Positions 1 to 8,816 of a DNA stretch of 16,652 nucleotides are shown here, in pieces. The stretch covers positions 1 through 16,652 of the forward strand of contig JBGCDR010000402.1 in NCBI GenBank assembly GCA_045105515.1, read 5' to 3'. The notes beneath the pieces were generated by a model that worked only from the letters and a program-made list of their open reading frames with translations, was not told the DNA's origin and ran no database searches. The position numbers were made by a program, and so were the translations under genes. Within the stretch, counting starts at the first letter, position 1. Every line of letters starts with the position of its first letter. Origin of the DNA: Oligoflexales bacterium. GTDB lineage: Bacteria > Bdellovibrionota_B > Oligoflexia > Oligoflexales > Bog-1112.

Positions 1-154
1 GTTTAATCATAGCATGTTGATATTACATATATATTATATGGCGGTTTTTTCTGTTTTTACATCATATCTTTTGCGGTTTCAGTGATTATACATGGAAAGT
101 AGGTGTTAATGGGAGCTTAATCTTCGTCTTGCCAGTAATTACTTAGGTGAAAAA

Positions 155-1222
155 CTATTGAAAAGCGATGCTTTGCAAGATGTCTTCAGCGTTGGGGCAA
201 GCTCCTTTTGGTGATAAGCATCGTATACTCCCTAGTTGTACTGACGCAGAAATCCCTTTTTTATGACATTCTCTGACAAATAGTTGCCGGTTTGGCGTTT
301 GAACTATTTTAACCCAGGGCTTCTTATTAAACAGGTCTTGTTGCTCAATGAGAAGTGACAAGCGCTTGTTGAGGAAAGCGTTTGCTCCTTCTGGGAGTTG
401 AAATTTCAGTTTTTGATTAAGCTCGGCTCCACCAAAACTACGACTTAGTTTATAGAGCAATTTATCTGGTTCTATCTTCATATTCTTTGCAAGCTGATTT
501 AGAAAACCATAAAATGGGGGTGAAGATAAAATTTTGAGAAACGCATATTTAAAAATTTGTTTTAGAAACCAGATTTCTGAGACTCTCGGTAGCTTTTTCA
601 AGGAAGCCTCAAGGTGCTTACCAATACTTTCTTCTCGGACAAATACCTTTCCACCACCTAGTGCTGTATGTTTTTTTATCGGTCCAAAACTAAAGATACA
701 TGCATTTGCAAAGGAAGAACCTTTGTAGTTGCCATCAAAGGCCTGAGCACAGTCTTCGATTAAAAAAATGTCCTGATCTTTGATTTTTTGTGCTATCGGT
801 TCTAATGAAAAATGACGTCCAAATAATTGGGTGACCAGTATGGCCTTTACGTTTTCATTTAAGGAAGCTTCAATCATATTAGCACATGGCCCATAAGTTT
901 TAGGGTCAAGGTCAACAAATTTAGGTGTTAATCCATTAGCAGAAATAATAGAAACCATGTCTGGAATTGTGATTGGTCCTAGTATGACCTCTGATCCGTG
1001 AGGAAGTTCAAGTGTCGAAAGTAATTGGTTAAATCCTGATCGCACTGAAAAACAGGTTTGTGATCCTGGTTGTGGCCAAGGCTGTTCAGTATGTTTTGGT
1101 CTAATAATGCAAAATAGTGCAGAAACAAAATCCCGCCAGCGTAGGTCTATTTCGATAACTGGCCTTAGCTTTAATACATTGGCAAAAGGAATTCTCAAAA
1201 TTCTAGCTCCCTCAGCTATCAT
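155..1222 (-). CDS. DegT/DnrJ/EryC1/StrS-family PLP-dependent aminotransferase
   Basis: Motifs FVDLDP, LVTQLFG, IEDCAQAF and FSFGPIKKHTALGGG (PLP-lysine region). The true start may lie slightly downstream of 1222, and the C-terminal domain looks short. Confidence 0.88.
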   Translation of the reverse strand: MIAEGARILRIPFANVLKLRPVIEIDLRWRDFVSALFCIIRPKHTEQPWPQPGSQTCFSVRSGFNQLLSTLELPHGSEVILGPITIPDMVSIISANGLTPKFVDLDPKTYGPCANMIEASLNENVKAILVTQLFGRHFSLEPIAQKIKDQDIFLIEDCAQAFDGNYKGSSFANACIFSFGPIKKHTALGGGKVFVREESIGKHLEASLKKLPRVSEIWFLKQIFKYAFLKILSSPPFYGFLNQLAKNMKIEPDKLLYKLSRSFGGAELNQKLKFQLPEGANAFLNKRLSLLIEQQDLFNKKPWVKIVQTPNRQLFVRECHKKGISASVQLGSIRCLSPKGACPNAEDILQSIAFQ

Positions 1223-1450
1223 TATTTTCTATTAAGGAAAAGTTTAGCATTGTTGATACCCAATATCCATAAATATGGATTGATAAAAAAGCATTTTAAT
1301 TGTTAACTAAGCTTCTTAGCGAACCCAGGGCCTGTTTATAAACTTAGTAATACTATCGGGAATACTATATTTAGCTAACTATTTAGCATTGACAATCTAT
1401 AAGCAATCAATTAGGTCTTCCCTTCTGCTGCTAAATGTTATCCAGTTAAT

Positions 1451-2893
1451 TTGATAGGTAATTGTTTGAAATTATTAATTTTATTGAATTTGCTTTTTTT
1501 CTCAAGAATCGGCTTTTCTTCGGGATTTTCGCAAAATTTTTCCTCAGATTTTAGTTGTTCATGTTCTGCTTCCTTTGATTCTTCGTTTTCTGAAACAGGG
1601 AATCAGTCCAAAAGAACACTCTCCTACGATGATCTAAGCTTAGATGAATTAGAGAACTTATTCGAAAAATATGGCAAAAGTGCCAGGCGTTACTTTGAAA
1701 AAGGAAGACACCTTAAAAGCAGCATCAATCTTAATAAAGCTAAAAAATTACTTGAGTATATTAACTTAAATTTCCCAACTCATGCGGCTTTACAAGAAAA
1801 TAACACTTTAGATTATGAGGCTGATACTGAAGATAATGCAAGATATGACAGAGTTGCGTTAGTTGAAAGTCCAAATGACGATCAGAAAATAGCAAGTGAT
1901 AAACAAAATGCACCGGATGTGGATTTTGATAATTTTTGTGACTCAATTAATGAATCTTTAGGAGAAACTCGTTCTTTCTTATTATCTAGGGCGTTTTCTT
2001 CCGTAATCGCTAGAAAAATTTTTAATTCAAACTGGGGAGATTGTCAGGGCTCTTGTTCAATCGATACTATCGATGGAATATCCATCAGGGCTGATTATAT
2101 ACCTCCTGCCAGTGAAAAACATGGTGTCGTTGTTCTTTTCCCAAGCAATGAGCTTACTGGAAAGAATTGGGAAAATACTGAGGTATTTCGTTTTTTTCGC
2201 AAGGTTGGCTTAGGGATTGTAACTCCGGGCATTCGACCATCGACCATGAAGGGTAATTTTAATCGTAGCCTGCTTTTTGATACTGAAGCTGTTATTAATT
2301 TTCTTATTAACAAGCATAAAATTAGTCCAGACAAGATTCTTGCATTTGGTTACTCCTTAGGGAGCACTTATGCAACGAATCTAGCAAGTTATTTTAGAAC
2401 TCCACTTTTACTTCAAAATGGCTGTGTAAAATCAGAAGATATCATCAAGCAGTGGGGAAAGTTTACTTGCAAAGCTATATTGAATGAATTTAGAAATCAA
2501 GATTATGTCCCGTTCTATGAAGAAAGTAAACTGAGCTATTATGATAAACATAATTTAAGAACGTACGCAAAATTTGGTTATGAATTTTCGAATTTAAACC
2601 AGGATTTTGGTGACAATATATCGAAATTGTCAAGGGAAAAAGATAAAAAATCCCCTATTGATGTGATGATTTTATATTCATCTAAAAGTGATTATTGCGG
2701 AGGGTGCGAAAACGCCCAGGATCTTTTTAATGCAAGATACGGTTTTATAAGTAGTGATAATAACAGGCTTTCGCTTGAAGAAGAAAGTGATCCAAAGCAA
2801 TTTCTAAGCTCTTCTCGAGTAAAATGGAAGGTGCTGACTTTTTTGTTGGACAATGAGCTTGTTCCCAGGCCTGATATTTACGAATCCAATTAA
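1451..2893 (+). CDS. Secreted alpha/beta-hydrolase-fold protein (ABHD-like), possibly catalytically incomplete
   Basis: Hydrophobic N-terminus (LKLLILLNLLFFSRIGFS). Hydrolase elements TIDGISIRADYIP, VVVLFPSN, nucleophile elbow ILAFGYSLGS (GxSxG) and VMILYSSKSD. TTG start is uncertain. Confidence 0.72.
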   Translation: MIGNCLKLLILLNLLFFSRIGFSSGFSQNFSSDFSCSCSASFDSSFSETGNQSKRTLSYDDLSLDELENLFEKYGKSARRYFEKGRHLKSSINLNKAKKLLEYINLNFPTHAALQENNTLDYEADTEDNARYDRVALVESPNDDQKIASDKQNAPDVDFDNFCDSINESLGETRSFLLSRAFSSVIARKIFNSNWGDCQGSCSIDTIDGISIRADYIPPASEKHGVVVLFPSNELTGKNWENTEVFRFFRKVGLGIVTPGIRPSTMKGNFNRSLLFDTEAVINFLINKHKISPDKILAFGYSLGSTYATNLASYFRTPLLLQNGCVKSEDIIKQWGKFTCKAILNEFRNQDYVPFYEESKLSYYDKHNLRTYAKFGYEFSNLNQDFGDNISKLSREKDKKSPIDVMILYSSKSDYCGGCENAQDLFNARYGFISSDNNRLSLEEESDPKQFLSSSRVKWKVLTFLLDNELVPRPDIYESN

Positions 2894-3059
2894 GATGATG
2901 TTTAATCTTTTAAAAATTTTTTCTCTTGATAACTGAATTTTTTCCGTAGTTTTTTAATTTTTCATTCTTCTGTATACTCTAATAGATTTTAGTATTTCCC
3001 AAGTTATTGAAGATGGTGGGTATTTGATCGGAAGTGCAAACCCCTCTCCCTTGGCAAGC

Positions 3060-3089
3060 TTGACACTTAAAATATAAAGGGTGTATTAG
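3060..3089 (+). promoter_or_regulatory. Candidate sigma70 promoter
   Basis: Perfect TTGACA at 3060-3065, then an 18-nt spacer and a weak -10 TATTAG (3084-3089), about 40 nt upstream of the 3129 ORF. Confidence 0.3.
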
Positions 3090-3128
3090 ATAGAGTATTT
3101 TTTTTTAATTTCAATTTTTTAGGGGTGA

Positions 3129-4376
3129 TTGATTGTGGATTGTTTAGACCTTAGAAGAATAGGTCAAGTAGCTTTGTTTTTAACTTTGATCTTTCATTGT
3201 GGGCTTGTTTGTGCCAACGAAAATTTCCATAATAGGGTGCAAAAGGCTAGTGTTGTTATAGAAAATTTCGCGAGGCAAAAAGAAAATCTGCCTAAAACTG
3301 AAATGCCTGGCAGTGAATTTAAACGTTATTTTACAGGAGAAGTATTTATCCACCTGGTATCAAAGGGCAGCAAAAATTTATTTGAGAAAGAGAACGCACA
3401 ATCCCAAGAGATACCATTTACCACCCTACATTCTTATCATCAATTGTTATCTCCAACAGTTCATAGCCATGCAAGATTACTTGTAGTACCCGACCATGTT
3501 AGGGTGAGGGTTGAAGAAAATAGATTCTGGCTCATTAATCCTACTAACTTAGCATCAGCAAAGATAGACTTATCAGACTTAAGATATTCGAAATTAGCAC
3601 TGGGAAAGGAGTCATATGATAAGCTGGTCAACTCCGAAATAGCGATGTCATTTACAAAAAACATGGATTTAAACAGTGTTTTGATGCAACATGAGTTTGA
3701 ATTTCTTTTTGCTGACAGGCTAAACGAAAAATTTTTGGATTTTTTAGCTAGAAATAGCATCGTAAAAACTTCTGAAATATTTAAGGCATTACTGGCTTTG
3801 GTTAGTACCTTTCATACCACTCATGAAATTGCCTTAGAATCAGCTGAAAATACTTTTGGTGATTATTTTGATGAGTTGAACATAGAGCATGATAAGTTTG
3901 ATATTTACAGCACTTTGAGGGAGATAAAGTCAAAGACCGAAAACTACAAAGCAATGGAATTTGCTTATACTCAGATCGGTAACATTGATGCTAATTCTAC
4001 AGCTTTTGCATTCCAAGAAGCAGAGCAATTTTATTCGCGAAATTCGGCATATGACATTAGTTATTATTTATCGAACAAAATATTATTTTATGAGAATACA
4101 CTGAATATATCTTTTGACGAAAATCTTTGTGTTGGAGCAATAGAATTTGTTAAAATATTAAGTGGAGTTGCAGATCGGAGCATATACTGGCTTTTGAATG
4201 AAAGACTTGACGAATTTTTAAGTGAGGTTTACTTATCATTGGCAAGCAAAAATATTGAGATAACTAAATCTCAATTGAAAGCGTTTATAGCTAAGTTTGA
4301 AGAACAAAAAGATTCAATGTTTAAACCTCTATTTACTGAACATTTAAAAGATTGGGTCAATTCTATATCTGATTGA
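3129..4376 (+). CDS. Hypothetical secreted protein
   Basis: 415-aa ORF with a signal-peptide-like segment (RRIGQVALFLTLIFHCGLVCA) and AGGGG upstream of the start. No domain recognised. Confidence 0.75.
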   Translation: MIVDCLDLRRIGQVALFLTLIFHCGLVCANENFHNRVQKASVVIENFARQKENLPKTEMPGSEFKRYFTGEVFIHLVSKGSKNLFEKENAQSQEIPFTTLHSYHQLLSPTVHSHARLLVVPDHVRVRVEENRFWLINPTNLASAKIDLSDLRYSKLALGKESYDKLVNSEIAMSFTKNMDLNSVLMQHEFEFLFADRLNEKFLDFLARNSIVKTSEIFKALLALVSTFHTTHEIALESAENTFGDYFDELNIEHDKFDIYSTLREIKSKTENYKAMEFAYTQIGNIDANSTAFAFQEAEQFYSRNSAYDISYYLSNKILFYENTLNISFDENLCVGAIEFVKILSGVADRSIYWLLNERLDEFLSEVYLSLASKNIEITKSQLKAFIAKFEEQKDSMFKPLFTEHLKDWVNSISD

Positions 4377-4455
4377 ATAAATCAGCGCAAGAAGCATTTG
4401 AATTAGTTCTGCAGCTATTTCTCTGTTCGCATTTGAATAAGGAACAAAAGGTTTG

Positions 4456-5328
4456 ATGAGAAGAACTATAAATAAATTATTGTGTTTAACTACTATTTTT
4501 CTTACTTGTGAAGTGCTTTTAGCCTACAGCGATTTAGATCAAAATCTCAAATTATCAAGTTTTGACTATTTGAGTCCTACAGATCTAGCCAATCTTTCAC
4601 AATGTTCTAAAAGTGTGAATGAAAGTATTGAATTGCATAAGAAACTGAGGGAGGATTATATCTGTATTGATGGAAAAAATCTGCCTATTCAGCATCTTTA
4701 CTCAGGAAAAAAATTCTTAAGCGAATTAGACCAGAAAAAAAAATTAAAAATTCTTGAAGATGTTTGCAAATATTTCATCGCAATAAATCCTTCCATGCTT
4801 GATCGAAACGCAAAAAGCGATTTTAATCAAATACTGGCTGAAGTTTATCATGCAACTGCAAAAGTAACTCACGATGTGCTCAATCATCATTTTCAAAGTC
4901 AGGCTATGTTTTATGATATAGAATCAAATAGTCCTAGCTTAATAAGAATGAAGACAATGATGAGGGAAGAACTCCAGAGAAATTATGCCAAATTAAACCG
5001 GAATTTGAATGCCCTAAAATCTAAATCTTTTTTGTTACACAGAATTAATCAAGATAATTACCAGTGGCCTGAGTCCTTTGAATATCAATTCCTTAATAAA
5101 CACTCAGTGCGTTTTTTAAAGTCTGAAGTTGAAAAAAACTTAAACAAAAAAAATTGTCAATGCACTCGTATTTGGTCTGTCTTACCAGAGATTTTTGATG
5201 ATGCACAAACTATGATGCTTGATGAAGTCTTAGCTCACGCGTATCAGCATCTCAATAAAGAATATCAAGGGTCTTGGCTAAAAAGTGGACTTATCCAAAA
5301 GATTTTTGGCTGCTTCATTTTTTCTTAG
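4456..5328 (+). CDS. Secreted protein with an N-terminal F-box-like motif
   Basis: ATG at 4456 follows AAGG. Signal peptide MRRTINKLLCLTTIFLTCEVLLA is followed directly by YSDLDQNLKLSSFDYLSPTDLANLSQCSKSVNESI, which resembles the F-box pattern. Confidence 0.6.
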   Translation: MRRTINKLLCLTTIFLTCEVLLAYSDLDQNLKLSSFDYLSPTDLANLSQCSKSVNESIELHKKLREDYICIDGKNLPIQHLYSGKKFLSELDQKKKLKILEDVCKYFIAINPSMLDRNAKSDFNQILAEVYHATAKVTHDVLNHHFQSQAMFYDIESNSPSLIRMKTMMREELQRNYAKLNRNLNALKSKSFLLHRINQDNYQWPESFEYQFLNKHSVRFLKSEVEKNLNKKNCQCTRIWSVLPEIFDDAQTMMLDEVLAHAYQHLNKEYQGSWLKSGLIQKIFGCFIFS

Positions 5329-5609
5329 CCTGAAAAATTAAAATAACCTATTCTTAAATTTATCCTCATACCCACTATTAGCGCAATAATTATACAAAAC
5401 AGAATACCCATAATATCAAGTAAGTAGAGTGCAGCGAGTTTGAAAATTTGACTTTGATGCAAGCTTCGCCTACGAGGATTACGGGCCCTGGAAAAGCCTC
5501 AGAATTGAAATCTCCTTACGATTGGTATTCCAATAAAGGTATTGTCGATACTAAGAGTGTAAGTGGAGCGAAGAAGTACTAAAAATTTAAACTATATTAA
5601 GGAATAACT

Positions 5610-6563
5610 ATGAAGAAATTTTCAATTTTATTTTGTTTATTAATTGTCAATACCATAGGGTATTCGAGCCCAGATGAAGAAGCGGAGCCGATTCCAATAT
5701 CTAAAATCCGTCAGCTATCTAGTCGATCCGTACAAATAGCAGTACAACATCCGTATAAGTCTGGAAGTGTATTTGAAGAACTTGGAGATGATTTCGATTT
5801 TAGCTTGCCAGACTCAGAAAACAGCATCGCTGGTCTCATTTTTGACTACAATCACAATGATATTTTGATTGGTAGGTATGGTGAGTGCTATGATCATCCC
5901 GGTAACAGCGAATTTTGGGAATTGGTTGGTTCTTACCGCGATGATTACAAGCATGCATCAAAAAGAATGAAGGAAGCTCTAAGCTGGAATATCCTTGCCA
6001 CGATTAAAGTGAGAGGATCTAGATTCTTAAAATACATTCCATCCAAGGCAGCGTGGAAACAAATGTCAAACAGCCAAGCAAAAATAAAAATTCGTAAAAC
6101 TCTTGGTGGTACTGGTTTTTCCAAAAAAGTTCGAGAGCCTGTAAAATCTATAAGTTTGCAATCTGATGTTGAGTACAAACCTAGCAGTGATGAGCAAGTA
6201 CAAGGAAACTACAATGAGTTTTGTTCATCAAGTTCAGCTGTCTCAACTAATTTCTATTCAAATTTTGATTTCGATATTTTGATGGGAAGAGGTGGAAAAT
6301 ATTGTAAGCATCCGGGAAATTTGGAATTTAGAAAATGGGTAGTTACTTATAGAACACATTATTTAGGTTTATCAAAAAAAGAAAAAACCATGCTTAAAAA
6401 TCAACTTCTAGGTTTTATTAAGGCTCGGGGAGTGAGGTTTTTAAAGTATAATAGTGCCAAAGATGTGTGGTTCGAGGTAAGTGATGAAAAAGCGAAAGAA
6501 AAAATTGCTCAAACTTTAAGAGATGGAATTGTTTATTTCGATGAATTGCATGAGCAAGATTAA
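5610..6563 (+). CDS. Secreted protein with two tandem DUF6824-like (diatom-type) domains
   Basis: SD TAAGGA and signal peptide MKKFSILFCLLIVNTIGYS. Two 84-aa units follow the pattern DIL.GR.G....HPGN.EF...V..YR..Y...S..K...L.....I..RG.RFLK......W...S...AK.KI..TL(RD). Confidence 0.85.
   Translation: MKKFSILFCLLIVNTIGYSSPDEEAEPIPISKIRQLSSRSVQIAVQHPYKSGSVFEELGDDFDFSLPDSENSIAGLIFDYNHNDILIGRYGECYDHPGNSEFWELVGSYRDDYKHASKRMKEALSWNILATIKVRGSRFLKYIPSKAAWKQMSNSQAKIKIRKTLGGTGFSKKVREPVKSISLQSDVEYKPSSDEQVQGNYNEFCSSSSAVSTNFYSNFDFDILMGRGGKYCKHPGNLEFRKWVVTYRTHYLGLSKKEKTMLKNQLLGFIKARGVRFLKYNSAKDVWFEVSDEKAKEKIAQTLRDGIVYFDELHEQD
5859..6524 (+). repeat. Intragenic domain duplication (5859-6110 and 6273-6524)
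   Basis: The two 84-codon units align without gaps; my manual count gives 39/84 identical residues. Confidence 0.9.
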
Positions 6564-6783
6564 AATTTACGCTTTATTTAACGCCATTCTCTCCCTTTAT
6601 TCCTTTAAATAAAATCATCTTTCTCCGTAAGATTTTGTTTTCTTTGCTGCCTATTGTCTGATCGTCAGTATCTTAATATTTAAGGATAGTTTCGATTGCC
6701 ATCCCTATTTATAGGTGTTAATAGTTCGGTTCTTGATGACAAGGTGTTATCTATACGGTTTTTTTTCTATCTTTAGAGGTGAT

Positions 6784-8388
6784 ATGAAAACTTTAGTCAA
6801 AGCTTTACTCGCAAGTTCATTGTGTTTTTCTTTAGGAAATTTAATGGGAGCAACGGAGGGAAGTGTTTCTGGATTGATCGATAGTATGCCTGCCTCATCT
6901 AAAAAGTTCATCAAAACTCCTGATGAAGGTGATTTACTCGATCGAGTTCATCATTTTGATACCTTGGAAAAAACCTTAAGGTGGGCCTATTTGACAGTTA
7001 CCCCGTGGAATTTTTGTCGGCATGCCTATGTGCAGGAGGATGAAGTAGCTCTGGTCCGCTACAACGACAAGTACAATTTAAAGGGAAGGGGATTTCAGTT
7101 TATTCTTTCTCCTTGGAGTAGTATTGAAGAGAAGAAGAAAATCCATGATTCAATTATAACTCACGGGCCCATCACTAGTGTAAGAATAAAGGATGGAGAG
7201 CTTGGCTATGCCCTGAATACCTTGACTGGAGATCCAATTTTGTTAGCTCCTGGGTTTCATTACATGGAGGATCCAAATATCATCTTTAAGGGTTTAGTAG
7301 ACTTAAAAAAATCAGTAAACAATCTTGACAACTACACGCTCCTTCGTATTGGAACCGGAAGGGTTGGGGTAGTCTATAAAGATGATGGCCTTGAAATTCT
7401 CAGTACAGGCTTACATTTGATCCGCCAGCCCGACTACCTCCGCTGCATAGCTTCTACCCAGCAAGAAATAGTTAAATTGGATGAGGGTCACTATACGAGC
7501 GGAGACAACGTAGGCTTGAAAATTAACGCTGATGTTTTCTATATTTTAAATGATCCAGAAACGGCCTTTGAAAAAGGCTTTGAATCAATCGATGATATTA
7601 CAAAAACCTTGAAAGACCAGGCTATTGCCACCTTGGTAAATATAGTTCGGAGAGAACAATTTGCTAATATTGGTCAGTCTGGGAGCAGAAGAGCTAAGCA
7701 AAAGGAAGTCACCGAGGAAGGAAAAGAAGATCTTAAAATTGACTTCGCAAAATTCTTTAAAAATACTCACGATCAATTTGTTGATGAACTTCAAGAAACA
7801 TTTGGCGATACTTATGGCATTCAAATCGAAAATATCAGGATTCTATCGATTGATTTTGCAGATCAAAAATTAGCTGAGAGCATCATGAACAATGCTATTC
7901 TTTATGCTCAAACTAAATCGCAACTCGAAAATATAGAGTCTCAACAGGAAATTAACACTAAAAGAGCTGAATATGAAAAAGCTGTTAAGATTATCGAAAG
8001 TGAAGGGGAGTCTCAAGCTGCAATTAATCGAGCTCAAGGGAAAGGCGAATCGATGAAAATAGAAGCTCAAATGAAAGCTGAGCAAATACGTATCCTTGCT
8101 GAAGCCAATGCCGAGAAAGTGCGTCTTGCTGCAGATGCCGAGAAATATAGTATTGAACGGAAAGCTGAAGCCAAGCAAGACTATGCTAGAAAGCTTGGTG
8201 AAACCGAGCTTGGGGGCCAAATGACTCTCTATGATATCCAAGCCCAAGCTCTAAAAAATACCAGATTGCTTGTAACTGAAAGAATTCCCAACCTTGTAAC
8301 AGGTGGACTTTTTGGGCTTGATAAAAGCTTAGATTTAGATGGAAGTGAGGATCAAGATCTTGAGATTTCAGATAGTGAAGGTGAATAA
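6784..8388 (+). CDS. SPFH/Band-7 (PHB) domain protein with N-terminal beta repeats and C-terminal coiled coil, vacuolin-like architecture
   Basis: Likely start is ATG 6784 after GAGGTG, giving signal peptide MKTLVKALLASSLCFSLGNLMG. Three ~50-aa repeats, a Band-7 core (TSGDNVGLKINADVFYILNDP ... YGIQIENIRILSIDF) and an A/E/K-rich coiled coil (AEANAEKVRLAADAEKY). Confidence 0.85.
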   Translation: MKTLVKALLASSLCFSLGNLMGATEGSVSGLIDSMPASSKKFIKTPDEGDLLDRVHHFDTLEKTLRWAYLTVTPWNFCRHAYVQEDEVALVRYNDKYNLKGRGFQFILSPWSSIEEKKKIHDSIITHGPITSVRIKDGELGYALNTLTGDPILLAPGFHYMEDPNIIFKGLVDLKKSVNNLDNYTLLRIGTGRVGVVYKDDGLEILSTGLHLIRQPDYLRCIASTQQEIVKLDEGHYTSGDNVGLKINADVFYILNDPETAFEKGFESIDDITKTLKDQAIATLVNIVRREQFANIGQSGSRRAKQKEVTEEGKEDLKIDFAKFFKNTHDQFVDELQETFGDTYGIQIENIRILSIDFADQKLAESIMNNAILYAQTKSQLENIESQQEINTKRAEYEKAVKIIESEGESQAAINRAQGKGESMKIEAQMKAEQIRILAEANAEKVRLAADAEKYSIERKAEAKQDYARKLGETELGGQMTLYDIQAQALKNTRLLVTERIPNLVTGGLFGLDKSLDLDGSEDQDLEISDSEGE

Positions 8389-8434
8389 ATATTTTTTTAC
8401 GAAATGAGATAAATACTCTACAAATTTCATCTTA

Positions 8435-8466
8435 AAAGTAAGCTGGAGCGAGTTCCAGCTTACTTT
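8435..8466. terminator. Intrinsic terminator after the SPFH gene, probably bidirectional
   Basis: Perfect 13-bp inverted repeat AAAGTAAGCTGGA-gcgagt-TCCAGCTTACTTT, about 46 nt after the stop codon. Confidence 0.8.
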
Positions 8467-8816
8467 AATCCTTTTAGCTGTATGATTTTTAGTCTTTATA
8501 TTAGAACTTTACAATATTATGCATTCATATATATAAAATAGCTACGAAACGAAAAAAATCAGTTGACCCTCGCCAGGAATCCTCTCCTAGACTATTATAT
8601 TTAGGCCCATTCTTGCTTTCGAAACCATTAATTAATTTTCCATAAGCAATAATACTCATTGAAGTTAAAAAATTACCGCATGTGATGGATAGTCACAATA
8701 CACACATAATTTTAACTTAGTTCTAAGTATTTAATATACAGGGTAAATCGGATTGAATTAACCGGGCGGTGTGAACATGTCGTAACTCACTTGGTACTTA
8801 TTTAAGGAGGTCAGAT

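Noticed and set aside
1389..1417. TTGACA upstream of the hydrolase gene as a promoter
   Set aside because: There is no convincing -10 hexamer at 16-18 nt spacing.
5329..5609. Intergenic region upstream of the DUF6824 gene as a riboswitch or ncRNA
   Set aside because: I found no recognisable riboswitch, tRNA or strong stem pattern. An Rfam cmscan would settle it.
6715..6783. GTG start at 6715 for the SPFH gene
   Set aside because: ATG 6784 has a good SD (GAGGTG) and gives a clean signal peptide.
8681..8697. TGTGA-N7-TCACA palindrome as a CRP site
   Set aside because: The spacer is 7 nt rather than the 6 nt CRP requires. It could bind another factor, but nothing supports that.
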